Shown here piece by piece: positions 38,512-47,602 of a stretch of 64,000 bases of DNA (within the stretch, counting starts at the first letter, position 1; each line of letters opens with the position of its first letter). The DNA comes from an uncultured Solirubrobacterales bacterium (lineage in GTDB: Bacteria; Actinomycetota; Thermoleophilia; Solirubrobacterales; Solirubrobacteraceae). The notes under the pieces are model-generated. The model was given only the letters and a program-made list of their open reading frames with translations. It was not told where the DNA came from and searched no databases. The stretch is taken from contig CAVPFP010000029.1 of NCBI GenBank assembly GCA_963703775.1, positions 17,105 through 81,104 of the forward strand. Reading direction: 5' to 3'. Both the position numbers and the translations under genes were made by a program.

Positions 38512-40999
38512 GGTCCTCCGTGTAGCGGTGCGAGGGGTCCGGCTCGCCGATTGGCAGCGTCACGGAAAAGCGCGTGCCATGGTCGAGCCTCTCGAGCACG
38601 ATCTCGCCGAGATGGGCGTCAACGATTCCCTTTGCGATCGACAGCCCGAGGCCGGCGCCGGCCGCTGGACCGACGCCGCCGTTGCGGGCCTCGAACAGCG
38701 CGCTCGCCACTGCCTCCGGAAGACCGCCGCCGTCGTCGGTCACGGTTACGACGACGCCCTGCCCCTCGTCCCCGGTGGCGTTGACCACCACCCGCGTGCC
38801 GGGGGGGTTGTGGCGCAGCGCGTTCTCCAGCAGGTTCAAGAAGACCTGCTCGAGCCGATCGTGATCGGCCCAGATCACCGGCAGATCGTCCTGGCAATCG
38901 ACGTCGATCACAGCCGCCTGGGTCGGCGAAAGGCATGCGATCGCGGCGTCGATGACCAGTGGCAGCTCGCACCAGTCCGGCAGCATCCGCATCGTCGAAG
39001 ACTCGATCGCCGAGAAGTCGAGCAGGTCACCGACCAGCCGGCCGAGGCGGGCCGACTCGGCGCCGATTCGGGTGAGGAAGCGTGTCTCCGACGCACGATC
39101 CCAGGTGACGTCGGGCGCCATCAGGCTCGACGCGTAGCCCCCGATCGCCGTAAGCGGTGTCCGTAGCTCGTGACTGAGACGCGAGAGGAACCCTCGCTGG
39201 AGCTCCCGCGAACGCCGCAGGGCGCTCGCCTCCTGCCGAGCACGCTCCGATTCCTCGCGCTCGCGAGCAAGGCGTAGCGAATTGGCGGTGTCCTCCATCA
39301 GCGCGACGACATCCGGCGGGGCCGTCGTCGCCCGCCACTGCGCGATCAGGATGCCGCCGCCGTCCGGGGCCGCGAAGCGCACCGCCATGCAACCATCGCC
39401 GCCGGCCGCCATCATGCTCGCCGCGCGCCCCTCACGCGCGTCGCCGCGCCGCATGATCGCCGCCGCCTCGAGCAGGCCGGCGGACGGCGCCACCTTCGCG
39501 CCGGATGAGTCAATGGTGAGCCAACTCTCGGTACCGTCGGCCGAGTCCGAGAGGGTCAGTAGTGCCACGCGCTCGGCGAGGAGCCCCTCTCGAAGCGTGT
39601 TCAGCACGATCGTGAGGGCTTCGGCAAACGGCGGCCCGGCGAGCGTTTCGAGCACGACGCGGATCGTCTCGAGGACGCGGTTGCGCCCGGTGAGCTCGCC
39701 AAGCAGGCGCTCCCGCTCAACAGCGCTCGCGATATAGCCGGCGTAGAGGTTCACGAGCTGGCGCTCGTCGCTCGGGGGGTAGCCCGGAACCTCGCGAAAG
39801 ACGGTGATCACGCCGAGCACGCCGTCAGCGCCCATCACCGGGACCGACCACGAGCTGCGCACCCGGGCCTCGGTTGCCAGCAACCGCCATGGAGCCCACG
39901 CCGCGCTCGAGCGGATATCGAAATCGATCACGGCCTCGCCCGAATGGGCGGCAACTCCGACCGGACCGCCGGCAACATCGAAGGGCAGGTCCGACCATGC
40001 ATCGGCGATCGCGGTCGGCAGGCCAAGCGCCCCGGCGACGCGCAGCCGCCGCTCCTCGACGAGATGCACACACAACCGTGGCGCCCCCAGCGCGCCGGCG
40101 AGCGCCGACACGATCAATGGCAAGCTCGAGGAGGGCTCCGCCGAGGCAAGCTGGTCCGCGAGGCCGTGCAGGCGGCTCAACTGTCGGCGGGCCGAGGAAT
40201 CGACCGGCTGGCCGGAGATGAAGGCGACGATGTCCTCGGGGTGCGATTCGGCCGGGTTGACGTCCGCGGCGATCCGGCCGCGGCGCAGCACGACGATGCG
40301 GTCGGCCAGGCGGAATATCTGATCGATGTCGTGCGAGATCAGCAGGACGGTCGTGCCGCGCTCGCGCACGGTCGCCATCAGCTTGTCGACCTGCGCCGAC
40401 TCGTTCACGCCGAGCGCCGTCGTCGGCTCGTCGAGGACCAGCAGCTTGGGGCGGCTGGCCATCGCGCGCGCTACCGCGACGAGCTGGCGCTCGCCGCCGG
40501 ACAACGTCCCGACCCGCCGCGTCGTGTCGGTCAGCGCAATCCCGAGATCCGCGAGCAGCGCCCTCGCGGCTTCGTGAAAGCGCGGCGTGGATCGCAGCAA
40601 CGGGGATCTCTCGCTGCCGAGTAGGAGGTTCGACGCAACGTCGAGGTTGTCGCAGAGAACGAGGTGCTGCCAGACGACCGTGATGCCGCGCCGCGTTGCC
40701 GCTGCGGGCGTCGACCCGACCCGTTCGCCATTGAGGTAGACGTGGCCGCTGGTCGGGGCCATGTCGCCGCCGATGCAGCGCACGAGAGTCGACTTCCCGG
40801 CCCCGTTCTCGCCGGCGAGCGCGACGGTCTCGCCGGAGCGAATATCGAGGTCGAGCGCGTCGAGCGCGTTGTAACCCTCGTAGCGCACGCTGAGCGCCCG
40901 CACGCGCAGGAGCGGCGCACTCTCGCGCACCGCCGATTCTCTGGGCATGACCACCATCCTAGGCCCTCGTGCCATAAGCAACGACGGTAGCCGCGCCAC
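38492..40999 (-). CDS. soluble sensor histidine kinase with N-terminal ABC-transporter ATPase (NBD) domain, two GAF-like modules, HisKA and HATPase_c
   Basis: Single uninterrupted 835-aa track ORF. NBD motifs: GENGAGKST, VVWQH, LSGGERQ, LLVLDEPT, LLISHD. A GAF-like region follows (..RLCVHLVEERRLRVAGALGLP..VITVFREVPGYPPSDERQLVNLYAGYIASAVERERL..). H-box LSHELRTPLTAI, N-box LLENALRHN, G1 DDGGGL, G2 GAGLGLSI. The start could be 40999 or 40948. Confidence 0.85.
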   Translation of the reverse strand: MARLPSLLMARGPRMVVMPRESAVRESAPLLRVRALSVRYEGYNALDALDLDIRSGETVALAGENGAGKSTLVRCIGGDMAPTSGHVYLNGERVGSTPAAATRRGITVVWQHLVLCDNLDVASNLLLGSERSPLLRSTPRFHEAARALLADLGIALTDTTRRVGTLSGGERQLVAVARAMASRPKLLVLDEPTTALGVNESAQVDKLMATVRERGTTVLLISHDIDQIFRLADRIVVLRRGRIAADVNPAESHPEDIVAFISGQPVDSSARRQLSRLHGLADQLASAEPSSSLPLIVSALAGALGAPRLCVHLVEERRLRVAGALGLPTAIADAWSDLPFDVAGGPVGVAAHSGEAVIDFDIRSSAAWAPWRLLATEARVRSSWSVPVMGADGVLGVITVFREVPGYPPSDERQLVNLYAGYIASAVERERLLGELTGRNRVLETIRVVLETLAGPPFAEALTIVLNTLREGLLAERVALLTLSDSADGTESWLTIDSSGAKVAPSAGLLEAAAIMRRGDAREGRAASMMAAGGDGCMAVRFAAPDGGGILIAQWRATTAPPDVVALMEDTANSLRLAREREESERARQEASALRRSRELQRGFLSRLSHELRTPLTAIGGYASSLMAPDVTWDRASETRFLTRIGAESARLGRLVGDLLDFSAIESSTMRMLPDWCELPLVIDAAIACLSPTQAAVIDVDCQDDLPVIWADHDRLEQVFLNLLENALRHNPPGTRVVVNATGDEGQGVVVTVTDDGGGLPEAVASALFEARNGGVGPAAGAGLGLSIAKGIVDAHLGEIVLERLDHGTRFSVTLPIGEPDPSHRYTEDHDLADV

Positions 41000-41087
41000 G
41001 CCGCGCGGCGCTCAGTCAATCCAGCGCGTCACATGCCCCGAGTACGCGAAGCCCGAGGAAGGGCCGGTCCAGCAAGGGCCCGCCACA

Positions 41088-43861
41088 TCACCCCGAGTCC
41101 GCGGCCGCCCGACGACCGTGCGCGACCGCCCGACGAACCACATAAGGGAGGATGCCGCCGTGGCGGAAGTAGGTCGCCTCCATCGGCGTGTCGATGCGGA
41201 CGCGCACCTCGAACTGCGCGTCGTCGGCGGTGACCTTTGCGATCGTCGGGAGCTCGCCGGCGGCCAGCGGCTCGGCGACGCCGGTGATCGAGAAGGTCTC
41301 GTTTCCGCTCAGGCCGAGGGACGCGGCGCTCTGCCCGTCCTGGAACTGGAGCGGCAGCACGCCCATGCCGACGAGGTTCGAGCGGTGGATGCGCTCGAAG
41401 CTCTCGGCGAGGACGGCGCGGATGCCGAGCAGTAGCGAGCCCTTGGCGGCCCAGTCGCGCGAGGAGCCGGAGCCGTACTCCTTGCCGCCGATGACGATCA
41501 GCGGGACCCCCTCCTGCTGGTAGCGCATCGCGGCGTCGTAGATCGCCAGCTGCTCGCCGTCGGGAAGGTGGTAGGTGTAGCCACCTTCGGGGAGCGGTGT
41601 CCGCCGGCCGCGACGAGGCGGTTGCGCAGACGGATATTGGCGAAGGTGCCGCGCATCAAGACCTCGTGATTGCCGCGCCGCGCGCCATAGGAGTTGAACT
41701 CCGCGGGCTCGACGCCGTGCTCCTGGAGGTAGCGTCCGGCCGGGCTGTCGCGCTTGATCGACCCGGCCGGGGAGATGTGGTCGGTGGTGACGGAATCGCC
41801 GAGCAGCGCGAGGACGAGCGCGCCCTCGATGTCCGACGGCGGGTCGGGCTCCTGCCTGAGGCCTTCGAGGAACGGCGGGCGGCGGACATAGGTCGAGTCC
41901 TCGGCCCAGGCGAAGCGGTCTCCGCTCGGGATCTCCAGGGCGTGCCAATGCTCGTCGCCGTCGAAGACCTCGGCGTAGCGCTTGTGGAACATGTCCGCCT
42001 GAACGGCGTACTGGATCGTCTCGGCGATCTCGTGCCGCGGACGGCCAGATGTCGCGCAGGTAGACCGGCTCGCCCGCCGTGTCCGTTCCGAGCGGGTCGC
42101 TGCGTCGAGATCGATGTCCATCGTGCCGGCGATCGCGTAGGCAACGACGAGCAACGGCGAGGCGAGGTAGTTGAGCTTCACATCCTGGTTGATCCGCCCC
42201 TCGAAGTTTCGGTTACCCGACAGCACCGCCGCGACGGCGAGGTCGTGCTCGTTGACGGCAGCGGAGATCTCGTCCGGCAGCGGGCCGGAGTTGCCGATGC
42301 ACGTGGTGCAGCCGTAGCCGACGAGGTTGAAGCCCAGCTCGTCGAGCGGTTGCGTGAGGCCCGCGCGCTCCAGGTAGTCGGTGACGACCATCGACCCGGG
42401 CGCGAGCGAGGTCTTCACCCAGGGCTTGCGCCGCAGTCCCCGCGCAACGGCGTTGCGGGCAAGCAGCCCGGCGCCGAGCATCACCGAGGGATTCGAGGTA
42501 TTGGTGCAGCTCGTGATCGCGGCGATCACGACATCGCCGTGGTCGAGCTCGACCACCTCGCCGTCGGCGAGCTTCACGCGGGCGGCCGTCGCGTGCGCAC
42601 CGTTCGTGCCGTTCGCCGGGGGGTCGCTCGCAGGGAAGCTGCCGGCGACCGCGTCGTCGAGATAGCTCTCGAGCGTCTCGTGCAGGCTGCGGCGAGCGGC
42701 GGACAGTGCGATCCGGTCCTGCGGCCGGCGCGGGCCCGCGAGGCTCGACTCGACCTCACCGAGGTCGAGCTCGAGGGTGTCGGTGAAGACCGGCTCGCGA
42801 GAGCTCTCGTCGTGCCACAGACCCTGCTCCTGCGCGTACGCCTCGACGAGCTCGATCTGCTCGGTCGGGCGACCGGTCAGTTCGAGATAGCGCAGCGTCG
42901 CGGCGTCGATCGGGAAGATCGCGACGGTCGAGCCGAACTCGGGCGACATGTTCCCGATCGTCGCGCGGTCGGCGATCGGTAGGGCAGCGACGCCGGCGCC
43001 GTAGAACTCGACAAAGCGGCCGACGACGCCCTTGCGCGCGCAGCAGCTGGGCGATCGTGAGCACGAGGTCGGTGGCCGTCGTGCCGTCGCGCAGCTTGCC
43101 GTGCAACTGGAATCCGATCACCTGGGGCAGCAACATCGACATCGCCTGGCCGAGCATCACGGCCTCCGCCTCGATCCCCCCGACGCCCCAGCCGAGCACG
43201 CCGAGGCCGTTGACCATCGGAGTGTGGGAGTCGGTGCCGACGAGCGTGTCCGGATAGGCTCGCGGCAGCTCGCCGCCTTCTTGCACGAAGACCACGCGCG
43301 AGAGGTACTCGAGGTTCACCTGGTGGCAGATGCCGGTATCGGGTGGAACGACCGAGAAGTTGTCGAATGCGCCGCTGACCCCAGCGCAGGAACGCATAGC
43401 GCTCGCGATTGCGCTCGAACTCGCGTTCCACGTTGACGGCGAAAGCGTCGCTGCGCGCGAACGCGTCGACCTGGACCGAGTGGTCGATGACGAGCTCGGT
43501 CGGGACGAGCGGGTTGATTCGCTGGGGGTCGCCGCCGAGCTCGACGATCGCGTCGCGCATCGCAGCGAGGTCGACGACGCCGGGAACGCCAGTGAAGTCC
43601 TGCATCAGCACGCGCGCCGGTGTGAACGCGATCTCCTTGCTCGGCTCGGCGTCGCGCGTCCCATTCGGCGATCGCCGCGATGTCCGCCGCGCTGACGGCG
43701 CCGTTGCCTTCGGTGCGCAACAGGTTCTCGAGCAGAACCTTCAACGAGAACGGCAGTCGCGCAACGTCGAAGCGCTCCTGCAGCGCGTCCAACCTGAAGA
43801 TCTCGAAGCGCCGGCCCCCGACCTCCAGCTCGGCGCGCGCGTCGAAGCTGTTCGCACTCAT
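41088..43861 (-). pseudogene. acnA: aconitate hydratase (AcnA-type), six frame breaks
   Basis: Reassembled from track ORFs 43316..43861, 42877..43611, 42756..43397, 41498..42949 and 41088..41948. Sequence runs MSANSFDARAELEVGGRRFEIFRL..AIAEWDA / [42 protein letters not shown] / [38 protein letters not shown] / [44 protein letters not shown] / [20 protein letters not shown] / [17 protein letters not shown] / ..[41 protein letters not shown].. Confidence 0.9.
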
Positions 43862-43911
43862 CGGCTGCGATTATCGCAGCCGGGCTGCAGGCGCCCGGTA
43901 GGCTCGCCGCG

Positions 43912-44674
43912 GTGAGCGCGCTCGAGATCCTCTCGATCCTCGCCGCAGGGCTGGCGGCGGGGACGATCAACGTGGTCGTCGGCTCGGGGACGCTGATCAC
44001 GTTCCCGGTGCTGCTGGCGTGGGGGTTTGCGCCGGTGACCGCGAACGTCTCGAACAGCCTTGGCCTCGCGCCCGGGGCGCTCACGGGGGCTGTCGGCTAT
44101 CGGCGCGACCTGGAAGGTCAGGGGCACCGCGCAGCGCGTCTGGCGCTCGCGACCATCATCGGAGCCGTCGGCGGGGCGGTATTGCTGCTCGTGCTGCCGC
44201 CCTCGGCGTTCAAGTCGATCGTGCCCGTCTTCATCGTCCTCGCGCTCGTCCTGATCGTTGTGCAGCCGCGCCTGAGCGCGCGCCTCGCGCGCCGCGACCG
44301 CCGCGCGCGCAGAGAACCCGCATGCGCCCGGTCGCGGTCTGTTCGCCGCCGTGCTGCTCACGGGCGTCTACGGCGGCTACTTCGGTGCGGCCCAGGGCGT
44401 CATCCTGATCTCGATCCTCGCGATCGGCCTGAACGAGGGTCTGCATCGCGCAAACGCCGTGAAGAACCTGCTGGCGGGGCTGGCCAATCTGACCGCCGGA
44501 ATCGTCTTCGCCTTCGCCGCGCCGCACGTCGACTGGGCCGTCGCGGGCCTGCTCGCGGTGTCATCGATCAGCGGCGGGATCATCGGCGCGCGCTACGGCC
44601 GGCGACTGCCACCGACCGCGCTGCGGGCGCTGATCGTGGCCGTCGCGATCATCGCGATCGTGCGACTCGTGTGA
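43912..44674 (+). pseudogene. TauE/SafE (DUF81) family anion exporter, one frame break
   Basis: Track ORF 43912.. is membrane-like up to ..VLALVLIVVQPRLSARL. Track ORF 44351..44674 (LLTGVYGGYFGAAQGVILISILAIGL..) continues the family in the +1 frame. The break lies somewhere in 44270-44335. Confidence 0.8.
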
Positions 44675-44714
44675 GCGCGACCCGATCTTGTGCCCGGCGC
44701 TACGCTTAGACCCA

Positions 44715-45485
44715 ATGGGCGAGCGGACGGAATACAAGCCGGGGACCTTCTGCTGGGTCGACCTGTCGACGCCGGACACGGCGGCCGCCAAGAGCTTCTA
44801 CATGAGCCTGTTCGGCTGGGAGGCTGACGATCGACCCGTCGGCGAAGGCGCGATCTACTCGGTCATGACGCTCGGCGGCAGCACGGTCTGCGCGATCAGC
44901 CCGCAGAACGAGAACCAGCAGGGCATGCCGCCGGTTTGGAACTCCTATGTCAGCGTTGCGGACGTCGACGCGAGCGCGGATCGCGCCCGCGAGCTCGGCG
45001 CGAACGTGCACGCTCCCCCATTCGACGTGATGGACGCGGGGCGCATGGCCGTGCTCCAGGATCCCCAGGGCGCGTTCGTGATGCTCTGGCAGCCTGGCGG
45101 CACGTTTGGCGCGGAGCTCGTCAACGCGCCGGGCGCCTGGTGCTGGAACGAGCTCTACACGGCCGACACGGCCGCCTCCGCGGCCTTCTACAGTGACCTC
45201 TTCGGCTGGAGCATCGAGCCGTTCGAAGGCTCGGCGGTGCCTTACCTCGTGGCGAGCAACGACGGACACGGGAACGGCGGCGTGATGGAGCTGCAGGAGG
45301 GGATGATGCCGACCTGGCTCGTCTACTTCGCTGTCGAGGACATCGATGCCGCGCTGGCGCGGGTCGGCGAGCTTGGTGGCGGCACGACGTTTGGGCCGAG
45401 CGACATCGGCGTGGCAAAGATCGCCGGCGTCCATGACCCGCAGGGCGGCCACTTCGCGCTCTACGCGGGCGCCCTCGAGCCCTAG
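44715..45485 (+). CDS. two-domain VOC (glyoxalase/bleomycin-resistance/dioxygenase fold) protein
   Basis: ATG at 44715 within track ORF 44688..45485. Two repeats of the pattern ..FCWVDLSTPDTAAAKSFYMSLFGW.. / ..WCWNELYTADTAASAAFYSDLFGW.. Confidence 0.8.
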   Translation: MGERTEYKPGTFCWVDLSTPDTAAAKSFYMSLFGWEADDRPVGEGAIYSVMTLGGSTVCAISPQNENQQGMPPVWNSYVSVADVDASADRARELGANVHAPPFDVMDAGRMAVLQDPQGAFVMLWQPGGTFGAELVNAPGAWCWNELYTADTAASAAFYSDLFGWSIEPFEGSAVPYLVASNDGHGNGGVMELQEGMMPTWLVYFAVEDIDAALARVGELGGGTTFGPSDIGVAKIAGVHDPQGGHFALYAGALEP

Positions 45486-45506
45486 CCTTCCGGGCCGCAC
45501 GCTCGC

Positions 45507-46640
45507 CTAGCCGGCGCCCCACGATTCGAGGCGGCGGCGCAGGGCGCCCAGAAAGCGGGCCGCGATCGCGCCGTCGAGCGCGCGATGGTCCCAGGACAGG
45601 CCGAGGATGCAGATCGAGCGGATCACGATCTCGTCATCGACGACGACCGGCCGGCGCACGATCGCCTCGACGTCGAGGATCGCCACCTGCGGCTGGCTGA
45701 TCACCGGGGTCGCCATGACCGTGCCGAACTGGCCGGGATTGGTGATCGTGAACGTGCCGTCGGCGAGCTCGTCGGGCGCCAGCTCCCCAGCGCGTGCGCG
45801 TCCGGCGAGCTCGCGGATCGCGCTACCCAGCTCGAGCACCGAGAGGAGCTCGGCCGATTGGATCACCGGCACGATCAGGCCGCCCTCGATCGCCACGGCG
45901 ATGCCGAGGTTGACGGTCTCGTGGCGCGTGAAGCGCTCCCCGTCGACCCAGGCGTTGAGGTCGGGGAACTCGCCGAGCGTCTGGAGCGTCGCCTTGGCGA
46001 CGATCGGTAGTGCGGTCGTCCCGATTTCCATCCGCGTACGCTCGATCGCGCTGAAGTCGACCTCGATCCAGGAGGTGACGGTCGCGGCCGTGTCGAGCGA
46101 GCGCTTCATGTGAGCGCCGATCGACCGACGCATGTGCGACAGCGCGACCGGCGGCGGCGGCTCGTAGCGCGCGGCGACCTTGTCCTGGTCGGCGGCGGCG
46201 ATCACGTCCTGCTTGCGGATCCGACCACCCGCTCCCGTGCCCTTCACCTGCGCGAGCTCGATTCCGAGATCCTTCGCAAGACGCGCCACGACCGGCGAGA
46301 CGGCGCCCGGATCGCCAGTCGCAACCGGCACGCCGTAGGCCGTGTCGAGCACGCTCTCCTGTCGGGCAGCGATCGCGTCGGCGCGGTCCTGGTCGGTCAG
46401 GACGACCGCGATCGCCGTCCCCACGTCAACGGTCTCCCCCTCCTCGACGAGGATCTCGACCAGCGTGCCCGTTGCCGGAGCCGGTAGCTCGGATTCGATC
46501 TTGTCGGTCGCGATGTCGCAGATCGGCTCCTCGTAGACGACCGCGTCGCCAGGCGCCTTGCGCCAGCGCACGATCGTGCCCTCGACGACCGAGATGCCGA
46601 GCGAGGGCAGGAGCACTTCGACGCGGGTGTCGGAGGCCAT
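45507..46640 (-). CDS. dihydrolipoamide acyltransferase (E2) of a 2-oxoacid dehydrogenase complex
   Basis: ATG at 46640 (1-nt overlap with the E1beta stop) within track ORF 45507..46862. Lipoyl domain ..CDIATDKIESELPA.., PSBD ..SPVVARLAKDLGIELAQVKGTGAGGRIRKQDV.., catalytic ..LGLSWDHRALDGA.. Confidence 0.9.
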   Translation of the reverse strand: MASDTRVEVLLPSLGISVVEGTIVRWRKAPGDAVVYEEPICDIATDKIESELPAPATGTLVEILVEEGETVDVGTAIAVVLTDQDRADAIAARQESVLDTAYGVPVATGDPGAVSPVVARLAKDLGIELAQVKGTGAGGRIRKQDVIAAADQDKVAARYEPPPPVALSHMRRSIGAHMKRSLDTAATVTSWIEVDFSAIERTRMEIGTTALPIVAKATLQTLGEFPDLNAWVDGERFTRHETVNLGIAVAIEGGLIVPVIQSAELLSVLELGSAIRELAGRARAGELAPDELADGTFTITNPGQFGTVMATPVISQPQVAILDVEAIVRRPVVVDDEIVIRSICILGLSWDHRALDGAIAARFLGALRRRLESWGAG

Positions 46641-47602
46641 CAGTAGGCGAGCAGCTCGGTGATCGCGCCGCGGATGCGCTCGACGCTCGGCAGCACCGCG
46701 CGCTCGAGCTCGGGCGCGAAAGGAATCGGGACATCCGGCGTCGCAACGCGGATGATCGGCCCGTCGAGGTCCTCGAACGCGCGCTCGGCGATCAGCGCCG
46801 AGACCTGCGCGCCGATCGCGCACGTGTAGTTGGCCTCGTCGACGACGACGACCTTCGAGCACTCGCGCGCCGCGGCGAGGATCGCCTCCTCGTCGAGCGG
46901 CTCGAGCGAGCGCAGGTCCAGCAGGCGGACGCTCGCGCCATCGAGCTGCTCGATCGCGGCCAGGGCCGCGTGCACCATCGCGCCGTAGGTGATCACGACG
47001 AGATCGTCGCCGTCACGCACCGTTCGAGCCTCGAAGGGCGTCTCGTAGGAGCCCTCCGGGACCTCCCCGCGAACCCTCCGGTAGAGCCCCTTGTGCTCCA
47101 TGAAGATGACCGGATTGGGGTCCGCGAGCGCCGCGAGCAGAAGGCCCTTGGCATCCTCGGCCGTCGACGGCGCGACGACCTTAAGCCCGGGCGCGTGAAG
47201 GAACCAGGCCTCCGGGTTGGCCGAGTGGTAGGGCCCTCCGGAGACCCCGCCGCCGCAGGGTAGGCGGATCACGATCGGTGCCGCGAGCTCGAGGCGATAG
47301 TGGAGCTTGCCGGCGACATTGACGATCTGGTCGAAGCCGCAGGCGACGAAGTCGGCGAACTGCATCTCGCAGATCGGCCGCATGCCGACGATCGCGGCGC
47401 CGACCGCGCCGCCGACGATCATCTCCTCGGAGATCGGCGTGTCGATGACGCGCTCGGCACCGAACTCGTCGAGCAGCCCGGCGGTCACCTTGAACGCCCC
47501 GCCCATCACGCCGATGTCCTCCCCGAGCAGGAAGACACGGTCATCGTCGCGCAACGCGCAGCGCAGACCATCGGAGATCGCCTCGAGGTATGTCAGCTGC
47601 AA
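46640..47602 (-). CDS. 2-oxoacid dehydrogenase E1 component beta subunit
   Basis: Track ORF of 320 aa: MQLTYLEAISDGLR..FLLGEDIGVMGGAFKVT..VIDTPISE.. Confidence 0.9.
   Translation of the reverse strand: MQLTYLEAISDGLRCALRDDDRVFLLGEDIGVMGGAFKVTAGLLDEFGAERVIDTPISEEMIVGGAVGAAIVGMRPICEMQFADFVACGFDQIVNVAGKLHYRLELAAPIVIRLPCGGGVSGGPYHSANPEAWFLHAPGLKVVAPSTAEDAKGLLLAALADPNPVIFMEHKGLYRRVRGEVPEGSYETPFEARTVRDGDDLVVITYGAMVHAALAAIEQLDGASVRLLDLRSLEPLDEEAILAAARECSKVVVVDEANYTCAIGAQVSALIAERAFEDLDGPIIRVATPDVPIPFAPELERAVLPSVERIRGAITELLAY

Noticed and set aside
41597-42982. 461-aa plus-strand ORF
   Set aside because: It is antisense to aconitase, which carries unmistakable family motifs on the minus strand.
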